Shown here: piece by piece, positions 9,454-22,850 of the stretch | Position numbering within the stretch: position 1 is the first letter of the stretch | Layout of the letters: every line of letters begins with the position of its first letter | From: Wallemia ichthyophaga EXF-994 | Taxonomy: Eukaryota > Fungi > Basidiomycota | DNA: 32,000 nucleotides | Direction of reading: 5' to 3' | NCBI RefSeq assembly: GCF_000400465.1 | Contig: NW_008806279.1 | Span: 495,267 to 527,266 of the forward strand | Position numbers and translations under genes: made by a program | Notes under the pieces: model-generated | Told to the model about the DNA's origin: nothing | The model's input: only the letters and a program-made list of their open reading frames with translations | The model's database searches: none

Positions 9454-11227
9454 ATGGCAGCATCTCCAGCTTCTTCTGCAGCACCAACTGCACCTGCAGC
9501 CCCACGGTCTTCTTCGAAGCGCAAAAGCAGCGTTTTAGAGTGGGTGAAAGAGCGAAAGAGTGAAATCGTTGCACAGCTCACACGCGATCCCCAGCCAGCC
9601 CTCTTATGACCTCAAAAGCGCGTCTTACTTTCCCCCTCTCTCTCCCGCCCAGCAAGCCAGTCTAAATGCAATCCTCCAAGGCAAATCAGTCTTCCTCACT
9701 GGCGCTGCCGGTAGTGGTAAGAGTTATCTGCTCACATGCGCCATCGACGCCTTACGCGCCCTTCATGGCCGAGGGAAAGTAGCCGTAACGGCAACGACTG
9801 GTGTGGCAGCTACCCAATTATCGGGCACTACAACACACAGCTGGTCCGGCATCACCAACTCGAGTCTTTCAGTCGCCGGTCTCGTCGTCAGCATCAAGAT
9901 GGACAAGGCGAAACTGGCCAAGTGGACGGCTACGCGCGTGCTCGTAGTGGACGAGGTGAGCATGCTCGATGGACTATTCCTCGACAAGCTCAACCAAGTT
10001 GCCAAGCGGGTGCGCAGACGTGACGAGCCATTTGGCGGTATACAGTTGGTGTTGTGTGGCGACTTCTACCAGCTGCCGCCAGTGGCTGCTGGGAACAGCC
10101 GGCGTATTTTCGCTTTCGAGGGCAAGGCGTGGCATGAGTGCGGTCTTATCACCCTCTCTCTCCCATCCTCCTTCAGACAGGCGGGCGACGAGGCGTTTCA
10201 GAATATTCTCATCGAGGCTCGTACTGGCAAGCTGAGCGATGCGAGTGTACTGGCGCTGTATGCCGTTCAGAGAAAACCTCCTGCTAGAAAACCCCTTCAG
10301 CCGCTGCAGGTGTGAGTCGCGATGTGTTTGCAGTGCTCTCCTCACTCTTCACACTCCACAGGTTCGCTAGGAGGGCGCACGTCGACGCCGCTAACCGCAG
10401 ACAGCTCAATAATCTCAACAAACCAATACATTACTTCAGCGCAAAAGACAAGCTAGTGAAACAGGGTGCAGTCAGGAATGTAAAAATGGCACTCAACGCG
10501 GCTATGCCTATTCCAGAACAAGTCGAATTGGCAGCAGGTGCGCAAGTCATGCTCGTCAAGAACCTAGACACAGGTAGGGGATTAGTAAATGGCGCAGTCG
10601 GGGTGGCTGTGTCGGTGGGTACATACACCAAGCTCAGCGAGGAGAAAGAAGACAATGAGAATGAGAATGGAGATGGAGATGGAAATGAATGGATGATAAT
10701 CCCTTCACTCACGTCCTCCAGAGGGCGCAAAGTGGTGTACAAACCGATGAGCGATTCCACACAAACCAAACAAGGCAAACAAGGTAAAGTAGGCGTGCTG
10801 GTGCAATTCAATAACGGATTGCGCGGGCTAGTCGAGTCCGTGAAGCAGGAGATGGAGGATGACGTCGGCGATACACTCGCTACTCGCTTTCAAATCCCAC
10901 TCGTATTGGCTTGGGCGACGACCATACACAAATCGCAGGGGTAAGCGTTTTGTAGTACGATTGAAATACCTTTCCAACTTGCTAAAACCCCGCCAGCCAA
11001 ACTCTCCCTTCTATAACGGTGCATTTTCAAGACATATTCGAACACGGCATGGCTTATGTTGCTCTGTCACGCGTTAAATGTCTTGATGATTTGAATATCA
11101 AGGGGTTTGAAAAAAGGTAGGAAATGTAGCTATTCGGCGTATCCCACTAATCACACTTCAAAGCCGGTTCATTGTAGATAAAAAGGTTGAAAATTTTGAC
11201 AATTCATTAATGCAGATGAATATATGA
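9454..11227 (+). CDS. PIF1: PIF1-family 5'-3' DNA helicase (SF1B), ~521 aa
   Basis: Five exons (9454-9539, 9595-10311, 10362-10940, 10997-11116, 11164-11227). Walker A FLTGAAGSGKS, VDEVSM, Pif1 signature DKLNQVAKRVRRRDEPFGGIQLVLCGDFYQLPPV, GAQVMLVKN-NGAVG, WATTIHKSQGQTL and YVALSR. Pif1 versus Rrm3-type paralogy not resolved. Confidence 0.9.
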
Positions 11228-11267
11228 ATAAATAGTACATAAATAGATACAAGTAATAAGTAATAAC

Positions 11268-12461
<1,194 letters not shown>

Positions 12462-13496
12462 ACTTGTTTCTCATGCCTAAATCTTTGCAAGGACGTCTAA
12501 TGTCTTACGCCATTTCAAAGTGTATCCAAGAGCAATCGCAATAATGGTCTTAACATTATTTGATGCCTTAAAATTACAATCATGCTATATAGAAGTCTAT
12601 AAATCTCAACCGCATTTCCATCCACATTTTCTGATTTTTCGAAATGCACCTGTGAAGCCAAAGTCCTGATTTCAGAGTTGGATTGGCTTGAATTATTGGG
12701 ATATTTGAGTGCTTGCGGTCTCTATCGCCTTGTGCTAGTAGCTCGTATCGGATGGACGCGTTAGATTCTCCGTGTATGCTCTATTGGTGCTAAAGAGTGA
12801 CGTCGAATCGCCACTTCAGAAACTCTTTCAGGGCGAGATATTAATCGAAGGGATGTGCATTTAACCTTTTCTCATCCAAATCTATCGAAATTACCTTTTA
12901 TTTGGAGAATATTAAAACTCCGAAGTCGGCCAGTTAGGATCATATCACTGTCATCTTTGGAAATTTCAAGTCTGTGGATATTGTATGTATGAAGGAAATA
13001 AAAATGTTTTGAATGCTTACACCTTAATAATGTTAAAAGTACTCCGAAATTTCCCAGATTGCCATTATTATTCATGGCTGTATGTCACTTTTACATTCAC
13101 TGATTCGGTATAGCAAATTAATTCCCTCAAGTTATTAAGACTGTTATTTTAATCCTCAAGTACTGGAAGCATCGCTCAAATATCTCTCTAATATCACTCC
13201 TTTTGGCCCAATGTCTCCCAAGATAAAAGTACGGCATTCAGTGGCAAAAATGTAAATCGCGCAACTGGCTACTGAATGAAATTGTTTACGTCACTGGAAA
13301 CCCTAGCGAAGGTTGAGTTGCCTGAACTCATCCGCTGCTGACGCACCCACGTTATCCAACTGTAATCGGGAGCTATCTCGAGCCGGCTCTCAAACCAACG
13401 ATCATCTTCGGCCTTTTCAAATTTAAGAAAATTATTATCCTATTGAATTAGCTTTCCTCGGAAATTAATATAGCGACTTCCTTCATTCCCCAAATC

Positions 13497-15260
13497 ATGA
13501 AGCCCGCCAAATCACCGGGCATAGAGAAGAAAGCTTTCAGAGGACAGTGGAGGAAAGATGAGAAGGCGCAAGAGATCCCTGATAACAATATGTTTATTGT
13601 CTTTCCGTGTATCATGGCAGCCACCTTCTTGTGTGCGTTGGACTCTACCATCATAACTACGGCACTTCCAAGCATATCCGCAGACTTGCAAATGGATTCC
13701 GCTGAGTACTCATGGGTCGGCGTGGCTTATCTTCTCACAAGTTGCGCGTTGATCCCGGTCGTTTCCAAAGTGGGAACGATAGTCGGCGAGAAGCTGATAT
13801 TTATTGTCGGAATTCTATGTTTCTGTTTGGGTAGTGGCCTTTGTGCAGGTGCAAAGTCAGGGTTTTGGCTATGTATCGCCCGCGGAGTGCAGGGATTAGG
13901 CGGCGGAACTATTATGAGCTCCGTCCAGATCGTCATCTCGCTTATTACGGAATTGAGCAACAGGGGTCTCTATAGCGGGCTAATAGGTAGTGTATGGGGT
14001 ATCGCTTCAGTGTTAGGGCCGTTACTAGGAGGCGCAATCACCGAACATGCCAACTGGCGCTGGTGTTTCTGGATCAATTTACCAATATCCGCAGTCGTTA
14101 TGGCAGCCTTATGCTATTTCCTCAAACTGAGCCCGCGAGAGAGGCCAAATTGGAAGCAAGTATTGATACAGTTTGATTATGTCGGTTTAGTTTCAATTCT
14201 CATTGGTTCGGTGTGTTTGATACTTGGCTTTTCAATAGCCTCAAACTCTGGCTGGCAGAATCCAGCTGTGATCGCGTTGGTCGTGGTAGGTGGTGTGGTA
14301 ACAATTTTTTTCGGTGTATGGGAGACATACACAACCAGTTCTGCAATAATTCCGCCTCGGCTGTTTAAAACGCTGACAACGACTAGCATCTTGATCGGCA
14401 ACTTGTTCCATTCCATTGGCTATCTGGCCAGTTGCTACTATTTACCCGTCTTTTTTCAGGTAGCCGATGGTACAGGGCCGTTAGAGTCAGGAGTCCGGCT
14501 TCTTCCTTACACCCTGGGAGCGAGTGTTGTCTCCATCGTCTGTGGTTTGCTGGTTGCTCGGTTCCACAAGTACCGCATCATGATCTGGCTGAGTTGGGCG
14601 ATTCAAGTGCTTGGCTATGGATTGATGACAACGCTTCGGAATGACTCTAACACGGCTAAGCAAATCCTTTACATCCTTGTAGCGTCATTGGGCGTTGGGT
14701 GCTTGTTTCAGGTTCCTTTGTTGGCCATGCAGTCAAGCCTGCCCATTGTTGACGTTTCTACTGGGACGGGAGCATATGTGTTTGTGCGAAGTCTTGGTGG
14801 CTGCATTGCGATCTCCGTATCTGGAACCATTGTTTCAAATGTGTCAAAGAAGAAGTTGCAGAACATCCCCAACGCTGGATCTCTTGTTGGATTAAGCACA
14901 GAAAACCTCACTGATATAAAGAATATGCAGCCAGAGTCGTTGAAAGTACAAGTACAGGCTGCTTACTCGGAGGCGATTGCTAAAATCTTCATCATGGTTG
15001 TGGTTTTGGCTGGTTGTGGCTTGATTTCGTCACTTTTTATTAAGCGGTATGAAATGCGAACAAATACTGTTAAAAAGGGTGAGCAGAAAAATGTGGAGAA
15101 GACAGAAGACGAAAATACAAAGCAGGAAGAACACACAGAGCAGGACGAGCCTACAGAAAAGGATGAGCACACAGCGCAGGACTCTAAGAAGGATATGAAT
15201 CCAGTATCATCCAATGAGTCCTCCACTATAGCATATAGCGATGGAAAGGAATCGAACTAA
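13497..15260 (+). CDS. MFS drug:H+ antiporter, DHA2 (14-TMS) family
   Basis: Intronless 587-aa ORF: FLCALDSTIITTALPSI, YSWVGVAYLL, RGVQGLGGG, GPLLGGAITEHANWRWCFWINLP, IIPPRLF and YYLPVFFQ. Substrate unknown. Confidence 0.92.
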   Translation: MKPAKSPGIEKKAFRGQWRKDEKAQEIPDNNMFIVFPCIMAATFLCALDSTIITTALPSISADLQMDSAEYSWVGVAYLLTSCALIPVVSKVGTIVGEKLIFIVGILCFCLGSGLCAGAKSGFWLCIARGVQGLGGGTIMSSVQIVISLITELSNRGLYSGLIGSVWGIASVLGPLLGGAITEHANWRWCFWINLPISAVVMAALCYFLKLSPRERPNWKQVLIQFDYVGLVSILIGSVCLILGFSIASNSGWQNPAVIALVVVGGVVTIFFGVWETYTTSSAIIPPRLFKTLTTTSILIGNLFHSIGYLASCYYLPVFFQVADGTGPLESGVRLLPYTLGASVVSIVCGLLVARFHKYRIMIWLSWAIQVLGYGLMTTLRNDSNTAKQILYILVASLGVGCLFQVPLLAMQSSLPIVDVSTGTGAYVFVRSLGGCIAISVSGTIVSNVSKKKLQNIPNAGSLVGLSTENLTDIKNMQPESLKVQVQAAYSEAIAKIFIMVVVLAGCGLISSLFIKRYEMRTNTVKKGEQKNVEKTEDENTKQEEHTEQDEPTEKDEHTAQDSKKDMNPVSSNESSTIAYSDGKESN

Positions 15261-15647
15261 CGCGTATGGATTATTTATTTGTTTACATTTTGGGTATAGA
15301 CTTTATTTTATGCATAAAGTTGATAAATTTAACTTATGAATGCTGCCGAGTCCGAAGTGGCGTACACGGGAAGCAGGATTGATAATCGGAGAGCGGGATT
15401 GTAGAACTAAAAATTAAAATCCGCGAACTCGGAATTTTACTGAGGCTGCGTCATTCTGACGTTTTAATCTTCTGCCTTCTGAGCGCATGCTGTGTGTATG
15501 CCGATAGCTACGTGACTAGGAACGAGAGTATTCGAGAACCAACATTCAGCGTTAAGATCAACTGAATGCAACGATAGCGTTGAGAATTAATAGCCGACTT
15601 TGTCTCTCTAACCTCAACCACCAAGACGAAGCAATCTGCAAACGCAA

Positions 15648-17043
15648 ATGAGCTTTCGAAGAGCGATAAGCACGGCAGCCACGCTTACAAGTCTTGCGAC
15701 GCTTACGGCGGCACACGCGGGCCATCATCACGCCGAGGAGGGATCAGAGATGAACAAAGTGCCGCTCGACTGGATAATAATCGTGCACATCGTAACGCAG
15801 GTGCTTGTGTGGCTCGTTGTGTTCCCGATTGGCATGGTTCTCGGCAGCACCCGCTCCAAATGGCACGTACCCGTGCAGAGTGCGGCGATGCTGGTGACAG
15901 GCTGTCTGGGCTACCTCAGTGGCATGAAGCACAAAGGGCGGCAGTTCCCGAGCTCAGTGCATTCTACCATGTCAGTTATTCTCATTTTCTATCTCGTCGC
16001 GCAGGCAGCGATGGGTATCTTCCTCAAGCTGCACGTTATGGAGGACACCAGGCTCAGATCGTGGATCGTGAAGACGCACGGAATTACCGGTAAAACCTTT
16101 CCTATCGTAGGCTGGGTACAGGTCGTCTTCGGCATCGCGACTGTCGGGTCGTACTGCCGTGGCGGCAGTCTCGGACAGTGCTTGGCACATTATGTGAGGT
16201 TAACGTTGCGTTGTTAAACTCAGTTTCTTACTGCTTTTCAGATTATGGGCTCTGCTTTTATCTGGTATGGTGTCTTGTACGCCGTACTGCTGCACATCGG
16301 CGCACAGTCAGCCATTTCGAGAGGTGGAAGCCAGGAGATGGTCGATTCAACAGTTATCATGCTCTGGGGGATTGTGAACACCTTCACTGAGCACCACGGC
16401 GGGCCATGGACCCACAAGGATCTCCAGCACACCATGCTCGGCGTGTTGTGGTGGTGTGGCGGTGCGCTCGGCATGTTCATGTCGCGCAAAGGCACCAGAT
16501 CAATTATACCCGCTGGGATTATTATCATGACAGGATACGTGATGAGTGGGCACGCTCAAAGCATGGAGATTTCCACAAAGGTGAGTGAGGGCATCGGGAA
16601 TAGCTACGCACAATACTCAACGCTCGCAGATCCACGCTTTATTCGGATACACGCTCATGACGGCAGGGGTGACGAGGATCATCGATATCTGCTTCATAAG
16701 CAATCAGGAGGAGTCATATAGCCTGCGCACGTTCCAGCATCTGCCGCCGTACCTCCTCATACTCTCAGGATCGTTGTTCATGAGTGCAACTGACGAAGAG
16801 CTCTCGGTGGCGGACTCGCACAATTTCGACCACGCAACGTACGCAATGGTGATATTCTCAATATCTTTCTTGCTCTACTTGCTGGTGACAACAAACATGA
16901 GCCTTTACATGCATCTTACGCGGGGCGGCGGGGTTGGAGATAACAAAGACACGGAAATGCAGCACTACGAGAGGCTTTCGGTGGAAGAGAGACAGAGGCA
17001 ACAACCAGAGACGATATTCGACAGCTCAGAGGAGACGCGGTGA
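15648..17043 (+). CDS. YTP1: YTP1-family multi-pass membrane protein
   Basis: Three exons (introns 16194-16241 and 16581-16629). Conserved YCRGGSLGQCLAHYIMGSAFIWYG, NTFTEHHGGPWTHKDLQHTMLG and GHAQ...IHALFGYTLM motifs; N-terminal signal-like stretch. Confidence 0.82.
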
Positions 17044-17237
17044 TTCTAGTGCTTTGTAGGCGTGAATATTTTACACTTTAATTTCGACAACGTTGCTTGT
17101 GTTAGACCATCATAGATAACGTATTTCCAGTACTGCAGACAGTGAGGAGCGCGGAACGAGCTCGGTTCGTGCTAATGGCTGCCACAGGTAATTGGAATAT
17201 CTCTACGGCGTAGCAGCTGTGGCCATTTAACAAGTAC

Positions 17238-20200
17238 ATGAACCCGCTCTTCTACCACCTTCTCCAGAAGGATTTAAACAATTTCAGACTCAGCCTAGAC
17301 AGCTCTACAAAGCAGCCGTCGTCGCTGAGCAAGTCAGCGCACTCTATTACGCCCGCCACCGAGCTGCGATCCGATGTGAACCAGCGCGACGACAAAGGGA
17401 GGACGGCTCTCCACTTGATCGCATCCATGCGCGACGAGAACCAGCTCGATTTTGCTCGTCTCGCTCTCTCGCAGCCAAACATCAACGTCAACCTCCAGGA
17501 CGCGGAGTCTGGCTGGACAGCCCTGCATAGGGCCATGTATTGTGGGTCATGTGCTTCGACTGGCTCTGAGTGACCGCTGACACGCTCTCCAGGCGCCTCT
17601 ATCGCTTTCGCCAGGCTCCTCCTCGCGAGAGACGACGTCGATCTTTCTGTCAAGGACAGAGAAGGCTACACCGCTTTCGACCTTTACAATCTCACTATCG
17701 ACGGTGCGCTGCCCAATCCACACCACTCTTCCCGCTCCGAGCTGTTCACGTGGGGCACGAACCGCAACTACGTCCTCGGCAACGCCCACGGCGACGATCG
17801 GCAGTTTCCTGAGCGCATATCCATTAAGCGCGTCACGAATCACGAAAATCCCGTAGACAAGTTCAAGTATCTTAATGTCGACAGAGTGTTCATGTCCAAA
17901 TTGCACACCGGCATCATCACAGACGAGCACACTAACAACGTCCGTTTCTGTGGATTCGGGAATGGAGGCAGGCTTGGCAGATCCGTTCATGCACAGTATG
18001 CATTCGAGCCACTGGCTTCCCCACTCGACGTGAAAGTGGTGGATATGGCTCTCGCCCAAGAACACACTCTCCTGCTCGACGCTGACGGGCACGTATACTC
18101 TTTCGGTCTTAACAAGCACCAGCAGCTCGGTTACGCTGTTGACGCACCTACCTCACACCACGCCAAATTCACAAACTCGAGCGACCCATTCCAGATCACC
18201 CCGAAGCGAATCTTCGGGGCGCTGAAGAAGGAAGTGATGGAGGGTGTTGCCGCTGGGAAGACTGCTAGTGCGTGCTGGAAAAACGACACGTTATTTACTT
18301 GGGGAACGAATGAGGGTCATTTAGGTATGTCTCAGTGCGATTGCCACTAACACCCACCTAACACTCTCAAGGATATGACAAATCTTCGACACCTATACAA
18401 AACACACCGCGCAAGGTGACATCCATAAAGCAAAATGTACTCGCTGTTGCTATATCGGATAGGAGCATGTGTGTGCTGACGGATAGTGGGGATGTGACAG
18501 CGTTCTACAACAGCGCATACGCCAAACTCAGTTTTCCGCACTTCAAAAGCGATAGAATGGGGACGGGAGCAGCATCCGCAAGGATCAGACCCACAATCAC
18601 CAAGGTGAAATGCTCATCTAACACATTCGGTGCGCTAAGTTCGCTCGGAGAGGTGTTTGTATTTGCATCTCCAAACGAGACCACTAACACCATCAAGCCG
18701 CAGAAAGTTTGGAGTTTTCGCAACCAATTCACCGCAGTGAGAGATTTCGACGTCGGGTTGAATGGTACTATTGTCTTGTGTACACTATCTGGCAGTGTCT
18801 TTGTCAAGACTGCAAAGAATACTCTAGATACCATACCTCCAAGTTGGAAGGAGAGCAGCAAGACTAAGTCCTCAAAATTCTTTCGCGTGCCTTACCTCCA
18901 CCGCGTCAGCGAAGTGCATGCCAGTGACTCAGGAGCATTTGCAGCATTGCGAAAACCCCCAGCGCACAAAGCTATCTATGGTGGTAGAGATAGCTTGGGC
19001 GATGATATGAGGAGTGGCATGTATCTCGGTGGTGGAGTGGAAGATGAGGAGGTGAGTATAAGTGGTGACAAAAGATCTGAGGGTGTAGTGGACGACGACA
19101 ACAGTCAGCATGAGGAAGATGATGATATTGATGTCAAGATTGCGGAATGCGATGTTTTCTTCCGCAGATACACCCGTAGGAGTGATAATAGTGACGCCCA
19201 TTACTCCGATAGTCATGTTGGCGGGTTTGACGGAAGATTGAAGTGCAACAGTGGAGAGGTGATACCGTTCCACAAGAGCGTTTACGCATCGCGATCGCCT
19301 GTTCTGAAGGGGTTGCTTGAGGGGGACAGATTAGATGGGCTAGCGCTATCTGGCAGTACTTTGAAACTCCCCGACAGTCTATCACACCCTCTCACACTGC
19401 ATATACTGAATAAGTATCTGTACACTGACTCACTGCTGTCGATTTGGGATCCCAGAGTAATCAAGCCGCTGCTCGGGTACACTACGCACGACCAGGCTCT
19501 CAGAGTGAGGGATACTCTCGGCGCACTGTGCAAGCTGCTCCGGCTTGGTAGTCTTGAACCATTCTTGGAAACACTAGTGGTGAGGGACGTACCTAGGACA
19601 CTCGGCATAGATTTGGGAGGACGTATACGGTCTGGCGTAGTGGACGGTGACGTAAGGCTCAACTTTATCGACAACAAGTATGCCATTGTCGATGGTGTCG
19701 TCTTAAAGAGTCGTGTGGAGTTTTTCAAGGCAATGTTCGATAATCCCATCTGGACAGAGTCGCGTCGTCGCCGTGACCAGCAGGTTCACATCAATTTGAC
19801 ACACATGCGTCTGGAAATATTCGAGTACATTCTGCACTACGCATACGGATGCAGTGATGGGGAAGTTGTCGATGCAGCATGTGCGGCGAGTGGGGATATG
19901 AACGACTACCTCAACACGCTGTTTGAGGTGGTAGAATATGCGAATGAGCTGATGATGGATAGATTGAAGGATGTAGTGTCAAGTGCGATACGACCGCTGA
20001 TTACACTCAATAGTGCCGTCGGGTGTGTGGAGAAGGCACTCCACTATGAGTGCCACGCACTGGTCGACAGTATACTAGAGGATCTGGCGACGCAAGTGGG
20101 GATGGTGTTAGAGAAGGGCGTACTGGAGGAGATGAGTGGGGATGTAGTTCTGCTGCTCGAGAAACAAATACGCGGTCGACAACACGCACACATGCCAACG

Positions 20201-21617
20201 AAGGAGGTGTACGCGGCACTAGTGGATGGCTTAGTGGAGAGTAACAAGGAGTGGCTGGCTGAGGAGGACATACCGCAGCCCATTCTTCAGACACACATGC
20301 GCTACTGGAACAACAGCAACACTAAGTCTCCCAAGGCGGGCCCACACCGAATGAGTGGAAGCGGCAACTTGATCATGTCACCTAAAGCGCGGCAGAGTGT
20401 TTCTGGATTTGGATTTGAAACTGGATCACCGCCAGCGACACCGGATATTGCACCACTCAATCTCACATGCACCGCCAACATACCGCCGATGGACGACATA
20501 TTCGACATGGACGAAGACCGAGGGGGAGGGGGAGATATTGGTGCTGGCAGTGGCAGTGGTAGTGGCGTGAGCACGCCAGCAGCTAACGCAGGAGGCAAGA
20601 ATATGTCATCACCGTGGCAGCAGGCACACCAGGCACAGACGCCGAACAGTGCGGAAAGCAGCAAGGTTGCAGACTTACGTTCGATAATCCAAGCTGAAGC
20701 GGAGGCGAGTACGTCGATGACGGGAACGTCAGCTGCAACGACACCCACACCCGCCTTACCCAAGTTGTATGGACAGTCACCAGGACTGAGTAGCAGTAAA
20801 ATATCGCAAAAGGAGAAACGGAAGCTGGCGAGTGAGCGAGAGAAGCAGGAGAAGCAGGAGCGAGTGGCTGGTGGAGCTGCGAGCACGCTGTCGGGATTGT
20901 CAGGATCGCCAAGCAAACCACCGACACCGGCATGGAGAGTGCCTGAGCGGCGAACTTGGGCGTGGGGGAGTGAGGGTGTAGCAGGTGTAGCAGGAGCATC
21001 AGGAGCAATACAACAACCGTCAACAAGACCAGCACCATCAACAACACCATCGAAAGACCCATCCAATTCACCCAGCGCACGGCGTAGCGAAAAGAGCAAC
21101 GTGATAGTACCGAGTAGAGAAGGGAGAAAGGGGTGAGTTTGGAGTGGAGTGAGAGGACGTTACTAACAAGAGATTCAGAAGTAGTGCAAGTGGCAAGGCG
21201 TGGAGTCAGACACAGGCATTTGCAAGTCCACCGCTGAGTAGTATGAGTACACTACACACCCAACACAAACCCAACGCAGCAGATACACATTCACTGCCAC
21301 TGCATTCCAACACGTTCGAAGCGATACAGAGCGAGCAGAGGGATTTGGCCTTGTTACACTCAGCACAGCATTCACGGCAAAAGAAAAGCATGGTGGAGAT
21401 ACAGAGAGAGGAGAGAGAGCGCGAGGAGGAGGAAGCGTTTCTGAGGTGGTGGGCGGAGGAGGAGCGCCGGACCAAGGAGGCGATGGAGGTGGGTGTGAGT
21501 GGAGGTGGTAGGGGTGGTCGCGGGCGTAGTGGGCGTGGCAGAGGACGTGGGTCCAATACCCAGAGTACTCAGAGTAGACAGAGTAAAAACAGGAAACAGG
21601 AAACGGGAAAGAGGTAA
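17238..21617 (+). CDS. Ankyrin + RCC1 + BTB domain protein (IBTK / S. pombe Btb1-like Cul3 adaptor)
   Basis: Ankyrin repeats (GRTALHL, ESGWTALHRA), RCC1 repeats (LFTWGTNRNYVLG, GFGNGGRLG, FGLNKHQQLG, TWGTNEGHLG) and two BTB-like segments (FHKSVYASRSPVL; LKSRVEFFKAMF...ILHYAYG). Introns 17542-17592, 18325-18371 and 21133-21178. Confidence 0.85.
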
Positions 21618-21727
21618 ATAGAGTAGATAATAGTTAATATCGTGTAGAGAATAGAAGGAATTGTATAAAATGATAAATGCTATTCACTCGTTGATTACAT
21701 TCATCGAGGAGAGAAGACAAGTGAAAA

Positions 21728-22726
21728 ATGTGGACACGGGCGATTGGACAAGCTTTAAGGGGAGCAGTACACAGACACGCGGCAACACAGAGGCACGCGG
21801 TTAGAAGCTACCACAGGCCGATCCCAGCTGGAGAATTACCTGTGTATGATTTGGCGTTGGAAGTCTTAGCGGAGGATAAGAGGAGAGTTCAGGTGGAGCT
21901 AGCGGAGTTGCGAGCCGACGCAGAGAAGCACAGCCACAGCCATCACGCACCCCGTATTGCCCAATTGGAGGTACTCCAAGGTAGTAATGATCCAGAGGTG
22001 GTGCACAATTTCAAGCACGGCCTTGTCGATATGAGTAAGGCTTATTACCGCTACCTCTCCAGGAAGGACTTTGAGCAGCGCAGAAGGGATAAGCTGATGG
22101 AGAGGCTTAATCAGATGAAGGTTATTCCAGATGTGACAGCGCCATTCAGCGCATCAGTAGAGCTAGTCGTCGATTTCCCCGCGGACCAATTCGCAGAAGA
22201 AGGCTCAGAGAAGCGAGTACGTCCAGTGATCCCAGGCGCGTACGTAAGGGCTGGTTTGAGTAGACAGAGGCCAGAAATCTCGGTAAAGATATTCGACGCC
22301 GAAGAAGCGCTTTACAGTGTTATCATTGTCGATCCAGATGTCCCAGACGCGTCTAGCCACTCGTACAAGCCATATCTCCATTATTTGGGCAGAAATTTGA
22401 AACTGAGCGCTACAACGACGCAGGTGGAGCTGAATGAGATGTTAGATAGTGGTGTGCTCCCATATACGCCTCCACACCCAGCCAAAGGGAGTGGATATCA
22501 TAGGTATACCGTGCTATTGGTGAGGCAAACCACCCAACACACTGGAGATGTGGCTAGAGATGGATTCAGTGTTAGAGAATTCATCCAGCAGACGCAAGGT
22601 GTTGCTGTTGCTGCGCATATGTGGCGTGCAGTACACGACAGCGATAGCAGCGAGGTGTTTAAGCAGCTCAACATTCCAGAGCCTGTGTACGGCTATCCAA
22701 AGAAGGACTCAAAGTATTTGGAGTAA
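21728..22726 (+). CDS. MRPL35: Mitochondrial large ribosomal subunit protein mL38 (PEBP domain)
   Basis: Intronless 332-aa ORF with presequence-like N-terminus, DPEVVHNF, LMERLNQMKVIPD, IVDPDVPD and PYTPPHPAKGSGYHRY. Confidence 0.85.
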   Translation: MWTRAIGQALRGAVHRHAATQRHAVRSYHRPIPAGELPVYDLALEVLAEDKRRVQVELAELRADAEKHSHSHHAPRIAQLEVLQGSNDPEVVHNFKHGLVDMSKAYYRYLSRKDFEQRRRDKLMERLNQMKVIPDVTAPFSASVELVVDFPADQFAEEGSEKRVRPVIPGAYVRAGLSRQRPEISVKIFDAEEALYSVIIVDPDVPDASSHSYKPYLHYLGRNLKLSATTTQVELNEMLDSGVLPYTPPHPAKGSGYHRYTVLLVRQTTQHTGDVARDGFSVREFIQQTQGVAVAAHMWRAVHDSDSSEVFKQLNIPEPVYGYPKKDSKYLE

Positions 22727-22850
22727 AGGAGTGTAGATGGATGAATGGATTTATGGTGTTGCGTCTGTCGGCCTCTGTGCCTGTGCTCTGCCGGTGTTTG
22801 TGCCTGTGTCTCTCTGCGCCTGACCACCACCACCAAAGACAGCGAAATCG

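Noticed and set aside
9454-11227. PIF1 helicase as a Helitron
   Set aside because: No HUH Rep domain or Helitron termini; intron-containing gene tightly embedded among housekeeping genes.
13497-15260. Horizontal transfer of the intronless MFS gene
   Set aside because: Several native genes here are also intronless (RIB7, mS45, H3, mL38, MAS2, amine oxidase) and DHA2 transporters are ubiquitous in fungi; a phylogeny would be needed.
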